Shown in pieces: positions 1 to 10,433 of a stretch of DNA of 64,000 bases. Origin of the DNA: an uncultured Acidimicrobiia bacterium. GTDB taxonomy: Bacteria > Actinomycetota > Acidimicrobiia > Spongiisociales > UBA5794. Location of the stretch: NCBI GenBank assembly GCA_963812375.1, contig CAWEUW010000009.1:194240-258239 (forward strand), read 5' to 3'. The notes beneath the pieces were generated by a model, which did not search any database, had not been told where the DNA came from, and saw nothing but the letters and a program-made list of their open reading frames with translations. How positions within the stretch are numbered: the stretch's first letter is position 1; the number at the start of each line of letters is the position of its first letter. A program made the position numbers and the translations under genes.

Positions 1-1017
1 TGCCCCGCACCTCGTGGAGCATCTCGTCGCCGTCGACCACCACCCTCACCAGCCCGGCGGTGCGCAGGGTCCGGAGGTGGTGGTGGGTCGTCGACTTGGC
101 CAGCGCCAGCTTGTCGGCGAGCTCCTTCAGCGTCAGCGGGCCTTCGTTGAGCAGGTAGAGGATCCGCAGCCGGCGCTCGTCGCCGATGGCCTTGGCCATG
201 TCCAGCAGCCGGTGCGAGGGTGCCGCCGGGTCGGCGTTGAGGTGCTCCTCGGCCACCGGGTAGGCGAAGAAGCGCAGCCCGTCGTGCTCGGAGATCATGA
301 CCCATGGCCGGACCACCAGCGAGGGGATCAACACCACCCCGGTGATGCCCGGCTGCATGGCGAAGGTCACCCCGCCGGTCACCGTCTCCACCGCCTCGCT
401 GGCCGCCATACCCTCGATCAGCCGGCGGTTGGCGGCGGCGTCGCGTCGGAGGGCGGGCATCACCGCCTCCTCGTCGAACGGCACCTCGTCGTAGATGCGC
501 CGCATCAGCGAGACCAGGTCGTCCCTGGTTTCCGCCGGCCCGAGCTTGATGATCCTGGTGAGCGGCGTTGCCTTGCCCACCATGACCCGCTCGATGGCGT
601 CGGGATCGCCGGCGGCGGCGGCGTCGACCAGCTCCGGGTCGTAACCGTGCCAGGCGTTGATGCCTGCGTTGGAGAGCACCCGCTTGCGCAGCTCGACCGG
701 GTCGAAGGCGGCGACATGGTCGAGGAAGCCGTCGATGGTGGCCGGCGGTGGGGCGGCGTGGGCCACCCCGAGGAGGGCCAGCCACACCTCGCCGCAGTCG
801 GTGATCCGGGCCAGGATCTCACGGACTTCGTCGGAGGCGTGGGCGTCGAAGTGTTCGAAGAACTTCGCATCGATGTCGTCGGCGATCGCCTCCTTGCTCG
901 ATCGGGACTGGTAGAGGAACAGCCCGAGGAGGAACTCGAAGACCGGCGAGGCGACCACCGTTACCGGTAGACGCCTGCCGTGGTCGGTGAAGTCACGCAC
1001 CCTGGGGTCGGTGGTCA
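1..1017 (-). CDS. ArsR/SmtB-family winged-helix regulator with long N-terminal domain (C-terminus cut by window edge)
   Basis: Not in the ORF track because it runs off the window. My minus-strand translation from ATG at 1017 gives MTTDPRVRDFTDHG...GDERRLRILYLLNEGPLTLKELADKLALAKSTTHHHLRTLRTAGLV, a textbook ArsR HTH. The 14..970 + ORF is its antisense shadow. Confidence 0.8.
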
Positions 1018-1169
1018 TCGGCTGCTCCGGTCGGTCGTTCGATACAGATCGAATGTACCACATGTACCGGATGTGTCAAGTCCTGCGATGCCGGTTCGAT
1101 GAAAGCAGGACGGACCGGCCGGACGGTTACGCTGCCCGCCGATGAGAGCCGTGGTGTGCGACCGCGTCG

Positions 1170-2102
1170 GTGACCCGCACTTCGGTGCGGGTGGGCGAGC
1201 TGCCCGAGCCGGCAGCGGAACCCGGTCAGGTGAAGATCGTCGTCGCCGCCTCCGGCGCCAACTTCCCGGACGTGCTCATGGTCCGCGGCCAGTACCAGTT
1301 CCGCCCCGAGCCCCCGTTCGCTCCCGGTCTCGAGGTGGCGGGGACCGTCGCCTCGGGCGACGGGTTCCCGGCGGGCGAGCGGGTGATGGCTTTCGTCCCG
1401 CACGGCGGGTGGGCGGAACGGGTGGTGGCGGATGCCGCCAACGTGTTCCCGATGCCACCCGGGATGCCGTTCGAGGTCGGGGCGGTGCTCCCTGTCGTCT
1501 ACGGCACCGCCATCCACGCCCTGGTCGACCGGGGCGGCTTGACCCCAGGCGAGACCCTGGTGGTGCTGGGCGGCGCCGGCGGCGTCGGGCTGGCGGCGGT
1601 GCAGGTGGGCAGGGCCTTGGGGGCGCGCGTGGTCGCCGTCGTTGGCTCCGACGACAAGGAGCGGGCGGCCGCCGCTGCCGGGGCGGACGCCGTGGTGCGC
1701 CATGACCGCGACGACCTGCGCGACGCGCTCCGGGCCGCCGCTCCGGACGGGGTCGATGTGGTGTTCGATCCGGTGGGTGGCGATGCCACCGAGATCGCCT
1801 TCCGCAGCCTGTCCTGGGGCGGGAGGCTGCTGGTGGTCGGCTTCGCCGCCGGGGCCATCCCCGCCATCCCGGCGAACCTGCCGCTGTTGAAGGGCGCGTC
1901 TCTCGTCGGGGTGTTCTGGGGCCGCTTCGCCGCACTGGCGCCGGATGCCAATCGGGCGCACTTCGCCACGCTCACCGAGTGGTGGGAGCAGGGGAGGGTC
2001 GCCCCGACGATCACCGGTCGGTTCGGGCTCGACGACGGAGCCGAGGTGCTCGCCCGGCTTGCCGGCCGCCGTGTCGTCGGCAAGCTGGTGGTAACGCCCT
2101 GA
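1170..2102 (+). CDS. NADPH:quinone oxidoreductase / zinc-type alcohol dehydrogenase (MDR) family
   Basis: The 310-aa ORF has a GGAGGVG Rossmann motif and MDR-like sequence throughout. A more natural N-terminus, MRAVVCDRVGDP, starts at 1142 in another frame, implying a 1-nt indel near 1170-1180. Confidence 0.85.
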   Translation: MTRTSVRVGELPEPAAEPGQVKIVVAASGANFPDVLMVRGQYQFRPEPPFAPGLEVAGTVASGDGFPAGERVMAFVPHGGWAERVVADAANVFPMPPGMPFEVGAVLPVVYGTAIHALVDRGGLTPGETLVVLGGAGGVGLAAVQVGRALGARVVAVVGSDDKERAAAAAGADAVVRHDRDDLRDALRAAAPDGVDVVFDPVGGDATEIAFRSLSWGGRLLVVGFAAGAIPAIPANLPLLKGASLVGVFWGRFAALAPDANRAHFATLTEWWEQGRVAPTITGRFGLDDGAEVLARLAGRRVVGKLVVTP

Positions 2103-2225
2103 CAGGGTGGGCGCCGTCCCCTTCCCAAAGGGTCGATCGACCTATCCAGCGCATCCGGTCGCTCCGGTACGATCGCCAGGTAGCCAAGGGGAATAGAGCC
2201 AGGTCAACAGTCGGGGGAGGCTGCG

Positions 2226-3146
2226 ATGCACACCGTCTACGTCGATTCCGGGATGGCCGACGCCGCCCGGCGGCACCGCATCTACGACGGGCAGATCTTC
2301 GTGTTCACGCCCCGCCGGAGCACCCGGGCGCTCATCGCCCACGCCCGGCACATGATCGAGGCGGCGTTCCCGGGGAAGGATCCCCGATATGCCCAGTTCG
2401 ACATGACAGTGGAGGAGTATGTCGACGTCGTCGCCCCGCTGAAGCCGGCGTTCATCCACAACGCCAAGACCAAGCGGCTCATCCGGGCCGTGCTCACCGA
2501 GCTCGGCTGCGACCTCGACCGCACCTACCAGGACGTGCCCAGGCTGCGCATGGTCACCAGCGACTCCTACCTGACCGCAGGGGTGGGCTACGCCCACCCG
2601 CTGCACCGAGACGTGTGGTGGTCGGCGCCCCACGCCCAGCTCAACTGGTGGCTGCCCGTCTACGAGTTCGAGACCGAGTGCTCGATGGCCTTCCATCCTC
2701 GCGGGTGGGACCAGCCGGTGATGAACGGCTCAGCCGACTTCAACTACTACAAGTGGAACGCCGTCGGCCGCGCCCAGGCTGCATCGCAGATCGCAACCGA
2801 CACCCGCGAGCAGCCCATCCCACGTGAGGACTTCGACCCCAACCCGCAGGTGCGGTTCGTGGTCCCGCCCGGCGGCATCGTGCTGTTCTCCGGCGCCCAA
2901 CTCCACTCCACCGTGCCCAACACCTCTGGATACACCCGGTACAGCATCGACTTCCGCACCGTGAACCTCGACGACGTGATCGACGGATTCGGGGCGCACA
3001 ACATCGACAACGCCTCGACGGGCACCTCGCTGCGTGACTTCAAGAGGGCCTCCGACTTCGCCGACATCTCCGAAGCGGTTGTCGAGCGGTATGACATCGG
3101 TCCCAAGCCCTCCGATGGGGTGCTCGTCTACGCCCCGGCCTCCTAG
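2226..3146 (+). CDS. hypothetical protein, possibly non-haem Fe(II)/2-oxoglutarate dioxygenase-like cupin
   Basis: Intact 306-aa ORF with natural composition and a GGGGGAGG RBS upstream. HPLHRD and a later LHST are compatible with an HxD...H facial triad. The function is only a guess. Confidence 0.7.
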   Translation: MHTVYVDSGMADAARRHRIYDGQIFVFTPRRSTRALIAHARHMIEAAFPGKDPRYAQFDMTVEEYVDVVAPLKPAFIHNAKTKRLIRAVLTELGCDLDRTYQDVPRLRMVTSDSYLTAGVGYAHPLHRDVWWSAPHAQLNWWLPVYEFETECSMAFHPRGWDQPVMNGSADFNYYKWNAVGRAQAASQIATDTREQPIPREDFDPNPQVRFVVPPGGIVLFSGAQLHSTVPNTSGYTRYSIDFRTVNLDDVIDGFGAHNIDNASTGTSLRDFKRASDFADISEAVVERYDIGPKPSDGVLVYAPAS

Positions 3147-3253
3147 GCAGGTCGCCGCGGCGACGGTGACTCCGCTCGAAAGACCGGGAGTGGCGAGGGC
3201 CGCTCGGTAGCATCGCCCGGCCCGCCGTCGTCAGCCGGAACCGGAGCGGAACG

Positions 3254-4037
3254 TTGCCAGCACCTCGCGAATATCCGTTCACCCATGACGGGCTGACCCG
3301 CGATGTTCTGCTGATCGACGGCCCCGGGCCCCGCGTCGTCCTGCTCCACGAGGTAGGGTGGCGTCAGTCGGGCCTGCCTCGACTTCGCCGACGCCCTCGC
3401 CGGCGACTTCCAGGTCCACATCCCGGTCCTCCACGGGTATCCCGGGCAGGTCCTCGACGGCACGGCCACCGGGACGAAGGACCCGCTGCGCAAGGCCCGC
3501 ATTCATCTGTATACGCCGAGAGTTCGCCATGCTCAGCGCCGGCCGGTCGAGCCCGATCAGCGGTTGGCTGCGGGCCCTGTGCCGCCACGTCGCCGAGGGG
3601 ACGCCGGGCACCGTCGGCGTCATCGGGATGTGCCTCACCGGCGGCTTGGTCTTCTCCTTGGTGCTCGACCCGAGCGTCGGCGCCGCCGTTGCCAGCCAGC
3701 CCAGCGTCCCGCTGCGCCCCAGGGCAAAGCAGGTTGAGCGCCACCGAGCTGGGCGACCGCCAGAGCCGGGTGGAGCAGGCGGTGGCCACCGGCACCCCGG
3801 TGCTCGGGCTCCGGTTCTCCGACGACAGCCATGTGCCCGGGCGCCCGCCTCGACCGGATCGAAGACGTGTACGTCGCCGGCGGTGGCCGCTTCACCCGGT
3901 ATTCGCCCCAGCCCCCGGCGAAGGACATCCCCGGCCCTCCCGACTCGCACGCCGTGTTGACCGATCACGCCGACCGGGCCCCGGGGGCCCGCGAGGTGGT
4001 GCGGGCGTTCCTGCTCGAGCACCTGGGGACCAGCTAG
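3254..4037 (+). pseudogene. dienelactone hydrolase family protein, frame-disrupted (at least 3 shifts)
   Basis: Natural-looking segments lie in three frames: YPFTHDGLTRDVLLIDGPGPRVVLLHEV; LDFADALAGDFQVHIPVLHG; GTVGVIGMCLTGGLVFSLVLDP; VATGTPVLGLRFSDDSHVPG; ARLDRIEDVYVAGGGRFTRY...VVRAFLLEHLGTS*. Confidence 0.65.
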
Positions 4038-6460
4038 TGGCCCGGCCCGAAGTCGTCGAGCTCCGCATCCACGGGGTCGGCGGGGGCGGCGCCCGAGACC
4101 AGCTCGGTGAGGACGTGGTGGCGATCGGCGATGCCGCAGACGACATCGCCGGGTTCTGGGAGGACCCCGAGCCTGTGGGCGACCCGCCGCGCTCCCGGCA
4201 GGTCTACTCCTGGGGAGGGTTCTCGGCGCGCAACGCCACCCGGGCACTCTGGGTGTTCCTTCTCCCGTTCACCGTGGTCAACGTGGCCGGCTGGATGGTC
4301 GATCCCGCCGCCGGCCCTCGGGCGACGGCGGCGCAGCGAGGCCTGGTCCGCGTCGTCGCCTACCTCCAGACCGTGCTGCTCATGGTCTGGATCGCCTCGC
4401 TGGCCTTCGCGTCGCTCGCCGGCGAGCCGCTGGGTCGACGGCTGGCAATCGCCGCAGCCGTCGCCACACTGGCTCTGGCCATCGTCGCCGTCGCCACCAT
4501 CCGCAGCCGCCGGTACGAGGAGTTCGGTGCCCCCGACGGTGTCGATGAGGTCGATGCCGTCGCCGACGACGACCTGGGGCTCGCCGATCCCGAGTTCTGG
4601 CAGACCGCCCCTGTGCTCAAGGCGCTGCGCCGCGGTGAGCTCGGCCTCGCCGCCGCCGCCGTCGCCTTCCTGCCGGCGTACTCGGTGTGGCGGGCCACCG
4701 ACGAGGCTCTGCCTCTCGGGGTGGCGGTCGCCGCCGGTCTGGTGGGCTGACGGCGATGGTGGTCGGCTTGGCCCGCCGATGGGGGCGTGTCGCCACCTCG
4801 CTGGCAGTGGCCGGTGCGCTCGTCGTCGCCGCTTCGATCGCCGTCGCCTGGTCGGCGGACCTGCCGCAGCCGACGACCTCGTTCGACGACCTGTGGGGCA
4901 CGGCACCGCTCTGGGTCCTGCTGGTGTCGGGGATTCGTGGTGGCGACCCTGGCGGTGGTCGAGTGCCTCGCCTGGCGCCGGCGGGGCGGGGGAGTCGTGG
5001 TGTGGTCCAACGGACTGACTGCCGGTCGGCTTCCGTCTCCTCGCCGTCCTCGGCGGGCTGGTCGCCGTGGTGCTCGTCGTGTGGCTGGCGGATGGCACCC
5101 TCACCCCGACCGGGGCCTGGGCCTACGTCGTCGGGGTGCTCGTCGTCCTCCTGCCTGCCGGGGTGGTCGTGCTGGCCAGCCGACGCACCGCCGCCGGGGT
5201 TCTCTGCGCGCTCGCCGCGGCAGCCACCGGGCTGCTCGCCGCCGCCGCCAACGACGTCTGGTGGCTCGGGGTGGCGGCGGCCACGGCCGCCTTCCTGGTC
5301 ACCGCCATCGCCGAGACCGGCCGGCGAGACCGGTACCGCTGGTTACCGGTGACCACGGTCAGTGCCCTGTCGCTGCTGTTGCTGGCGGTGACCGGTAGCG
5401 GGCTGAGCTGGGTCGTCGACCGGTGGCGGGGCGAGGGCATGCTGCCGACCGGGTATGCCTGGGTGACCGCGGTGTTCACCGGCGCCGTCATCGCCGCCGC
5501 GCTGGGGGCGGTGGTCTACCTCCTGTTCCGGCGGTGGGAGGCATGGCCGGTGGCCCGGGTCACCAAGGAGTACTGGGGTCAGGCGGAGCCGTGCCGCACC
5601 GTGATGGCGACCAAGGCGGGAAGGCGGCGGGCGGTGTCCGACCTGGCCGGGAGCGTCGACGTTCTCATCACCGTGGTCGTCTGGGTGGCCGCATCGGCCC
5701 TCCTCGTCGGGGTGGTCCGCGCCGGACGACCGGCAATGGACTCTGTGGTCGCTCGACCGTCTGCACTTCGCCCTCGCCGAGAACCCGTGGCCCCGGTCGT
5801 GGAGCTGGCTGGCGACCGCCGGTGCGGTCCTGGGGGTGGTGCTCCCCGTCGCCGCCTTCGCCATCCTGGTGGCGGCGTTCCGCTTCCCCGCCATCCGGCG
5901 CATCGTCGCGGTGGTGTGGGACGTCGGCACGTTCTGGCCACGCCGCTTCCACCCCCTGGCGCCACCGGCCTACGCCGAGCGTGCCATCCCGGAGCTGGTC
6001 GGTCACATCACCACCCTGGTGGAATCGCAAGGGAAAGGGAGTGGTGATCGTCGGCCACAGCCAGGGGGCGGTGCTGTCGCTGGCGTGCGCCCTCCAGCTG
6101 AACGGCGTCGACCCGCACCGGCTGGCGGCGCTCACCCACGGGTCTCCGGTCGGCCGGTACTACCGCCGCTTCTGGCCCGGGGTGTTCGGCGGCGGGCTCG
6201 CCGCCGGGGTGGCGTCGTCCTGGGATGACGGCGGGGGTGGGGAACGCTGGTGGAACGCGTTCCGGCTGACGGACCCGATCGGCGGGCCCCTGTTCACCGG
6301 GCCGGACGAGCGGATCGGCCTCCCTCCCACCGACGTCTGCCTCCCCGATCCCCGGCCGGCCCGTACCGGCTGCCCCGAGCCCAAGGGGCACATGGGCCAT
6401 CTGTCCGATCCCGACGTGAGGGCCAAGCTCGACGAGCTGGGTGTCGCGGTGAGGCCGTGA
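4037..6460 (+). pseudogene. large polytopic membrane protein with C-terminal alpha/beta-hydrolase (lipase-like GHSQG) domain, frame-disrupted (at least 5 shifts)
   Basis: GTG at 4037 overlaps the upstream TAG. VARPEVVELRIHGVGG is followed by many TM segments spread over ORFs 3254..4750, 4687..5352, 4787..5398, 5067..6047 and 5836..6228. It ends in VVIVGHSQGAVLSLACALQL...HMGHLSDPDVRAKLDELGV (ORF 5423..6460). Confidence 0.65.
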
Positions 6461-6663
6461 ACGACTCCGGCGACGACCTCCCGGATGCCGACCAGAGGTT
6501 CTACTGGTGCGTCGAGCACGACCGGGTCGAGTCCGGTGACGAGCGATGCCCGCTGCGGAACCTGCTCGGGCCCTACCCGGACCTGGCGGCGGCGGAGCGC
6601 GCCCTCGACACCGTCCGCCGTCGCAACGAGCAGGCCGACGCCGAGGAGCGCCGCTGGGAATGA
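6457..6663 (+). CDS. small conserved actinobacterial protein (Cys-containing, about 68 aa)
   Basis: GTG at 6457 overlaps the upstream stop (GTGA). The sequence is VNDSGDDLPDADQRFYWCVEHDRVESGDERCPLRNLLGPYPDLAAAERALDTVRRRNEQADAEERRWE. It resembles a widely conserved small actinobacterial protein from memory, but I cannot name the family. Confidence 0.6.
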   Translation: MNDSGDDLPDADQRFYWCVEHDRVESGDERCPLRNLLGPYPDLAAAERALDTVRRRNEQADAEERRWE

Positions 6664-6665
6664 AT

Positions 6666-6689
6666 TCCCCTCCCCCTCGGGGGAGGGGA
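6666..6689. terminator. perfect G/C hairpin between convergent genes (putative bidirectional intrinsic terminator)
   Basis: TCCCCTCCCC-CTCG-GGGGAGGGGA has a 10-bp stem. It starts immediately after the stop at 6663 and lies upstream of the convergent gene end at 6799. There is no U-tract. Confidence 0.4.
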
Positions 6690-6798
6690 CCGAAGGCGAG
6701 CGCAGCGAGCAGCACGACGGGGGAGGGGGCGCTCCTTGCCACTCGCTCCGAACGATCGGGCTCCTCGATGTCGTCGACGCGGAGGTGAGCCGAGAAGG

Positions 6799-8282
6799 TC
6801 AGGGTGACCATTCGTCGACGGTGAGGGCGACGATCCTCGGCTTGCCGTCCTCGTAGTCGACCGACACGTACCAGGTGTTCCAGTCGAGCCCGCCGTACTG
6901 GGGGTCGTCGCCCGGGTCGTACAGGCCGGCATAGTTGAACCCGCCCAGCTCGTAGGGGATGGCGAACTCGGGGAGCCGCCCGTTGCCGCCGGACACCGGC
7001 TGGTTGAACGTGAGCACCAGGTCGGGGTCGTCGTAGACGTCCAGCCAGCGGTCGGTGATCGCCTCGGCGAAGGTGCGGCTGGGGATCTCCGCCAGTTGGG
7101 CCGGGTCGGACTCGTCGAGCGCCGCCGACGGCCACTTGTAGGTGGTGGGGTCGGTCAGGATGCCGTCCAGCTCGGACCGGGTGAAGTGGATCGGGTCGGC
7201 GTGGTGCGCCACGTACAGACCTCTCGCCGACACCATCGGGCGGATGTCGCCGTCGGCGGCGATGGCGGCGGCGAAGTCGTCGAGCAGGACGCCCACCCGG
7301 TCGTCGGCAGCGAAGGCGGCGGCCTCGACGACGGCACCCAGGTAGGTGGCGTTGACCCACCCGGTACCGGTGGGCGTGGCGATCTCGGCCCACACCGACG
7401 ACCCCACCACCTCGGTCTCGCCGAGCCGGTGGACAACGGCGCCGGGGACGATCATCGCCGAGCACATCATTGTCGACCCCGGCGCCGGTGCGGACGTTGA
7501 GCGTGTCGTCGTCGGCGACCAGCACCACCCGGCCGAGCTGGGCGCTGGCGATACCACTGGTCGGGGGGAGCTCGTCCTGAGTCCAGATCTCGGCCCCGTC
7601 AGGGGCACCACCAGCCGGTCCGATGGGCAGCACCGAGAAGAAGTCGCCGTTCTCGACGGGGGGATGGTCGAGGAAGATGCCTTCGCTGGAGAACACCAGG
7701 ACCTGCTCGCCGTCGAGCCGGAAGTCGACGCGGTCGATCGACTCGAACTGAGTCAGGGTGTAGACCACCTGGGCCAGCCGGCTGGTCATCGAGAAGCTGC
7801 CGCCGCCCGCCTCGAACTCGCGGGACAGGTCGATGGTGGCTAGCCCGTCTTCGATGTCGAGCCCGAGCAGCAGCGTGTCCGAGGGGACTGCGCTGGACAG
7901 GCCCGACCCCTCCTCGGCGGCAGTGGGACCGGCGATGAGCGAGCGGATGGCGTTGGCGGCGATCGAAGGAGTCTCCACCGCGCGGGTGACCGTGGCGGCG
8001 TAGGTGCCGTCGGCGACGAAGTAGAGGTCGACGAAGACCTCGGTCGCCTCGGTGGGCGGCTCGGTCGTCTGTGCCCCCGGAGCGGTCGTGGTGGTGCTCG
8101 ACTCGCCACCGGGCGTCGTAGTCGTGGTGTCGTCGACGGACGGCGGCGCGGTCGTCGTGGCATCGACCCCTGGTGACGTCCAACGTGCCGCCGCTGCCCA
8201 CGTCGCTGCCGCCGCAGGCGACGAGGGCCATGGCCAGGGCGATCGTGGCTGCGAGGGTGCTGTGCAGGGTTGATCGGCGCAT
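6799..8282 (-). CDS. GerMN-domain lipoprotein in the LpqB position of the mtrAB operon (frame-disrupted, at least 2 shifts)
   Basis: The signal peptide MRRSTLHSTLAATIALAMALVACGG carries a lipobox. A Thr-rich linker follows, then a GerMN-like region (SIAANAIRSLIAGPTAAEEGSGLSSAVPSDTLLLGLDIEDGLATIDLSREF..., ORF 6008..7978). An SH3-like and C-terminal part lie in ORF 6799..7611. Confidence 0.7.
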
Positions 8283-8342
8283 CAGGTGCCTCCGGTGAAG
8301 GGTCGTGCACCCTCACTCTCCGCCGCCGGCATCGCCCCGGCA

Positions 8343-9749
8343 TCACCACCCGGTAACAATGCGGTAACAGGGACACGGAGCCGGAACATCATCCCGCGGC
8401 CGTCCGGGGCCATGGTGCGCGGTGAGGTCTCCGCCCATGCGGGCGGCGTGGCGGGCGGCGATCGACAGCCCCAGCCCGGTCCCACCACGCCGGGAGGGGT
8501 CCACCATGAAGAACCGGTCGAACAGGTGGGGGAGCGCCTCGTCGGGAACTCCCGGTCCGGTGTCGGCCACCTCGACGACCAGGACGTCATCGTCGATCGA
8601 GGCGGCGACGGTGACCGCCGCCCCCGGGGCGTGGGCCCTGGCGTTGTCGAGCAGGTTGGCCACCACCCGTTCCAGCCCGAGCCGGTCGGCGGTGACCTGG
8701 GGACGGCCGGACACCGAGAGCACCGCTTCGGGGAGCCGTTCGGCCACCACCGCGCCGAGGAAGGCGGTGACATCGATCGTCGACACCGCCGGGGGGAGGT
8801 GGTCACTGTCGAGTCGGGAGACCTCGAGCAGGTCGTCGACCAGCCGGCGCAACCGGGCGACGTCCCCGCCGAGCATCTCGGCGGCGCGGCGAGCGGGCGG
8901 GGGTAGCGACCCGAGGTGTGGCTCCATCAGCGCCACCTCGTTGACCAGGGCGGTCAGGGGGGTGCGCAGCTCGTGGGAGACGTCACCGACGAAGCGGCGT
9001 TCCCTGGCCCGTGAGTCTTCCAGCTCGGCGATCTTCTCCTGCAGCGAGGCGGCCATCTCGTTGAACGCCACCGCCAGGGCGGCCATCTCGTCGCCGCCCT
9101 CCTCGGCCAGGCGCACGTCGAGGTCGCCCCCGGCCATGAGGTGCGCCCCACGCGAGGCGGCCCCGACCGGGCGGAGCACGGTGCGGGCGATCAGACCCGC
9201 CACCAGCGCTCCGAGGAGGGCGACCACCAGCCCGGCCAGCACCAGCGTGCGCCGCAGGTCGGCGAGCGCCCCGTCGACGGCGGCGGCGGAGTACTCGAAG
9301 TAGAAGTCGGGACCGACCTCGGGGCGACGAGCACCGACGAATAACGCCGGCCCGCTGCCGAGCTCCACGAACTGGTACCCGACCTCGCCTTCGGCGACCA
9401 GGGCGACCAACTCGGGGGAGAGGCGGGTCGCGGTGTCGACCATGGCGAGCGACGAGGCGAACGGGTCCCCGTCGCCGAAGTCGACGAACACCCCGTCGGT
9501 GCCCCGCAGCACGAAGCGGTCGAGCAGGCCGCTGGCGGCGAAGTCCTCGCGGTCGGCACCGGCGGGCAGGACGTCGGTGGTGGCCAGCTCGGTGACGTTG
9601 AACCGGGTGCGATCCAGCGAGTCGTCGACCAGCTGGGTGCGCAACGAGCGCTCCACCAGCAGGTACCCGAGACCTCCCACCGCCACCGCGGTGACGGCGA
9701 CCAGGGCGATGACGGTGGCCACCAGCCGGGACCGGAAACTGCCCAGCAT
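8343..9749 (-). CDS. mtrB: sensor histidine kinase (TM-HAMP-HisKA-HATPase), MtrB-like by synteny
   Basis: Intact 468-aa ORF with an H-box (FVGDVSHELRTPLTAL) and N/G boxes (DNARAHAP, DTGPGVP, GGTGLGLSIA). It lies directly downstream of the mtrA-like gene with a 1-nt overlap. Confidence 0.8.
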   Translation of the reverse strand: MLGSFRSRLVATVIALVAVTAVAVGGLGYLLVERSLRTQLVDDSLDRTRFNVTELATTDVLPAGADREDFAASGLLDRFVLRGTDGVFVDFGDGDPFASSLAMVDTATRLSPELVALVAEGEVGYQFVELGSGPALFVGARRPEVGPDFYFEYSAAAVDGALADLRRTLVLAGLVVALLGALVAGLIARTVLRPVGAASRGAHLMAGGDLDVRLAEEGGDEMAALAVAFNEMAASLQEKIAELEDSRARERRFVGDVSHELRTPLTALVNEVALMEPHLGSLPPPARRAAEMLGGDVARLRRLVDDLLEVSRLDSDHLPPAVSTIDVTAFLGAVVAERLPEAVLSVSGRPQVTADRLGLERVVANLLDNARAHAPGAAVTVAASIDDDVLVVEVADTGPGVPDEALPHLFDRFFMVDPSRRGGTGLGLSIAARHAARMGGDLTAHHGPGRPRDDVPAPCPCYRIVTGW

Positions 9750-10426
9750 CAGCGGGCGGCCCGGTAGCCCACGCCACGCACCGTCTCGATCACCGCCGGT
9801 GCTCCCGGCGCCACCTCGAGCTTGGCGCGGAGCCGCTGCACGGCGACGTCGACCAGGCGTGAGTCACCCAGGTACCCGATGTCCCACACCCGTTCGAGCA
9901 GCATCTCGCGGGTGAACACCTGGCCGGGCCGCCGAGCCAGCTCGACCAGCAGCCGGAACTCCGTCGGGGTCAACACCACTTCGTCGCCTCCCCGGGTGAC
10001 GCGGTGGCCGAGGACATCGACGTGGACGTCGCCGAGCGTCACGGTCTCCGCCGGCTCCAACTGCTGGGCGCGACGCAGCGCCGCCCGGATGCGGGCCACC
10101 AGGACCGGCATCTCGAACGGCTTGGTGACGTAGTCGTCGGCGCCCGACTCCAGCCCGACCACCACGTCGACCGTCTCGGCCCGTGCGGTGAGCATCACCA
10201 CCGGCACCGACGACTCGGCCCGGATCGCCCGGATCACCTCGAGCCCGTCGACATGGGGGAGCATGATGTCGAGAACCACCAGGTCGGGCCGCCGGCTTCG
10301 GAAGGCGGTCAGCCCGGCCCGACCATCGGCGGCGGTGTCGACCCGGAAGCCCGCCTGCTCGAGGCCGATCGTGGTGGTCTCCCGGATCGACGGGTCGTCC
10401 TCGACCAGCAGGATGGTGGCGTCCAC
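9749..10426 (-). CDS. mtrA: OmpR-family response regulator MtrA
   Basis: The 225-aa sequence aligns by eye along its whole length with mycobacterial MtrA (VVMLTARAETVDVVVGLESGADDYVTKPF...RLVDVAVQRLRAKLE...TVRGVGY). Confidence 0.9.
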   Translation of the reverse strand: MDATILLVEDDPSIRETTTIGLEQAGFRVDTAADGRAGLTAFRSRRPDLVVLDIMLPHVDGLEVIRAIRAESSVPVVMLTARAETVDVVVGLESGADDYVTKPFEMPVLVARIRAALRRAQQLEPAETVTLGDVHVDVLGHRVTRGGDEVVLTPTEFRLLVELARRPGQVFTREMLLERVWDIGYLGDSRLVDVAVQRLRAKLEVAPGAPAVIETVRGVGYRAAR

Positions 10427-10433
10427 GTTCGTC

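Noticed and set aside
14-970. 318-aa plus-strand ORF covering the start of the window
   Set aside because: Its composition is typical of a high-GC antisense shadow (G/R/H/V/D/E-rich). The minus strand encodes a clean ArsR-type regulator over the same span.
1018-1141. Repeated ATGTACC / ACATGT motifs between the ArsR-type regulator and the oxidoreductase as a defined operator
   Set aside because: The dyad is imperfect and seen only once. It is plausibly the ArsR operator, but the evidence is too weak to annotate.
6008-7978. 656-aa minus-strand ORF
   Set aside because: It is a chimera. Only the part upstream of about 7470 (the GerMN region) looks real. The remainder is out-of-frame read-through (R/P/G-rich) that crosses the real C-terminal frame 6799..7611 and runs antisense to the genes ending at 6460 and 6663.
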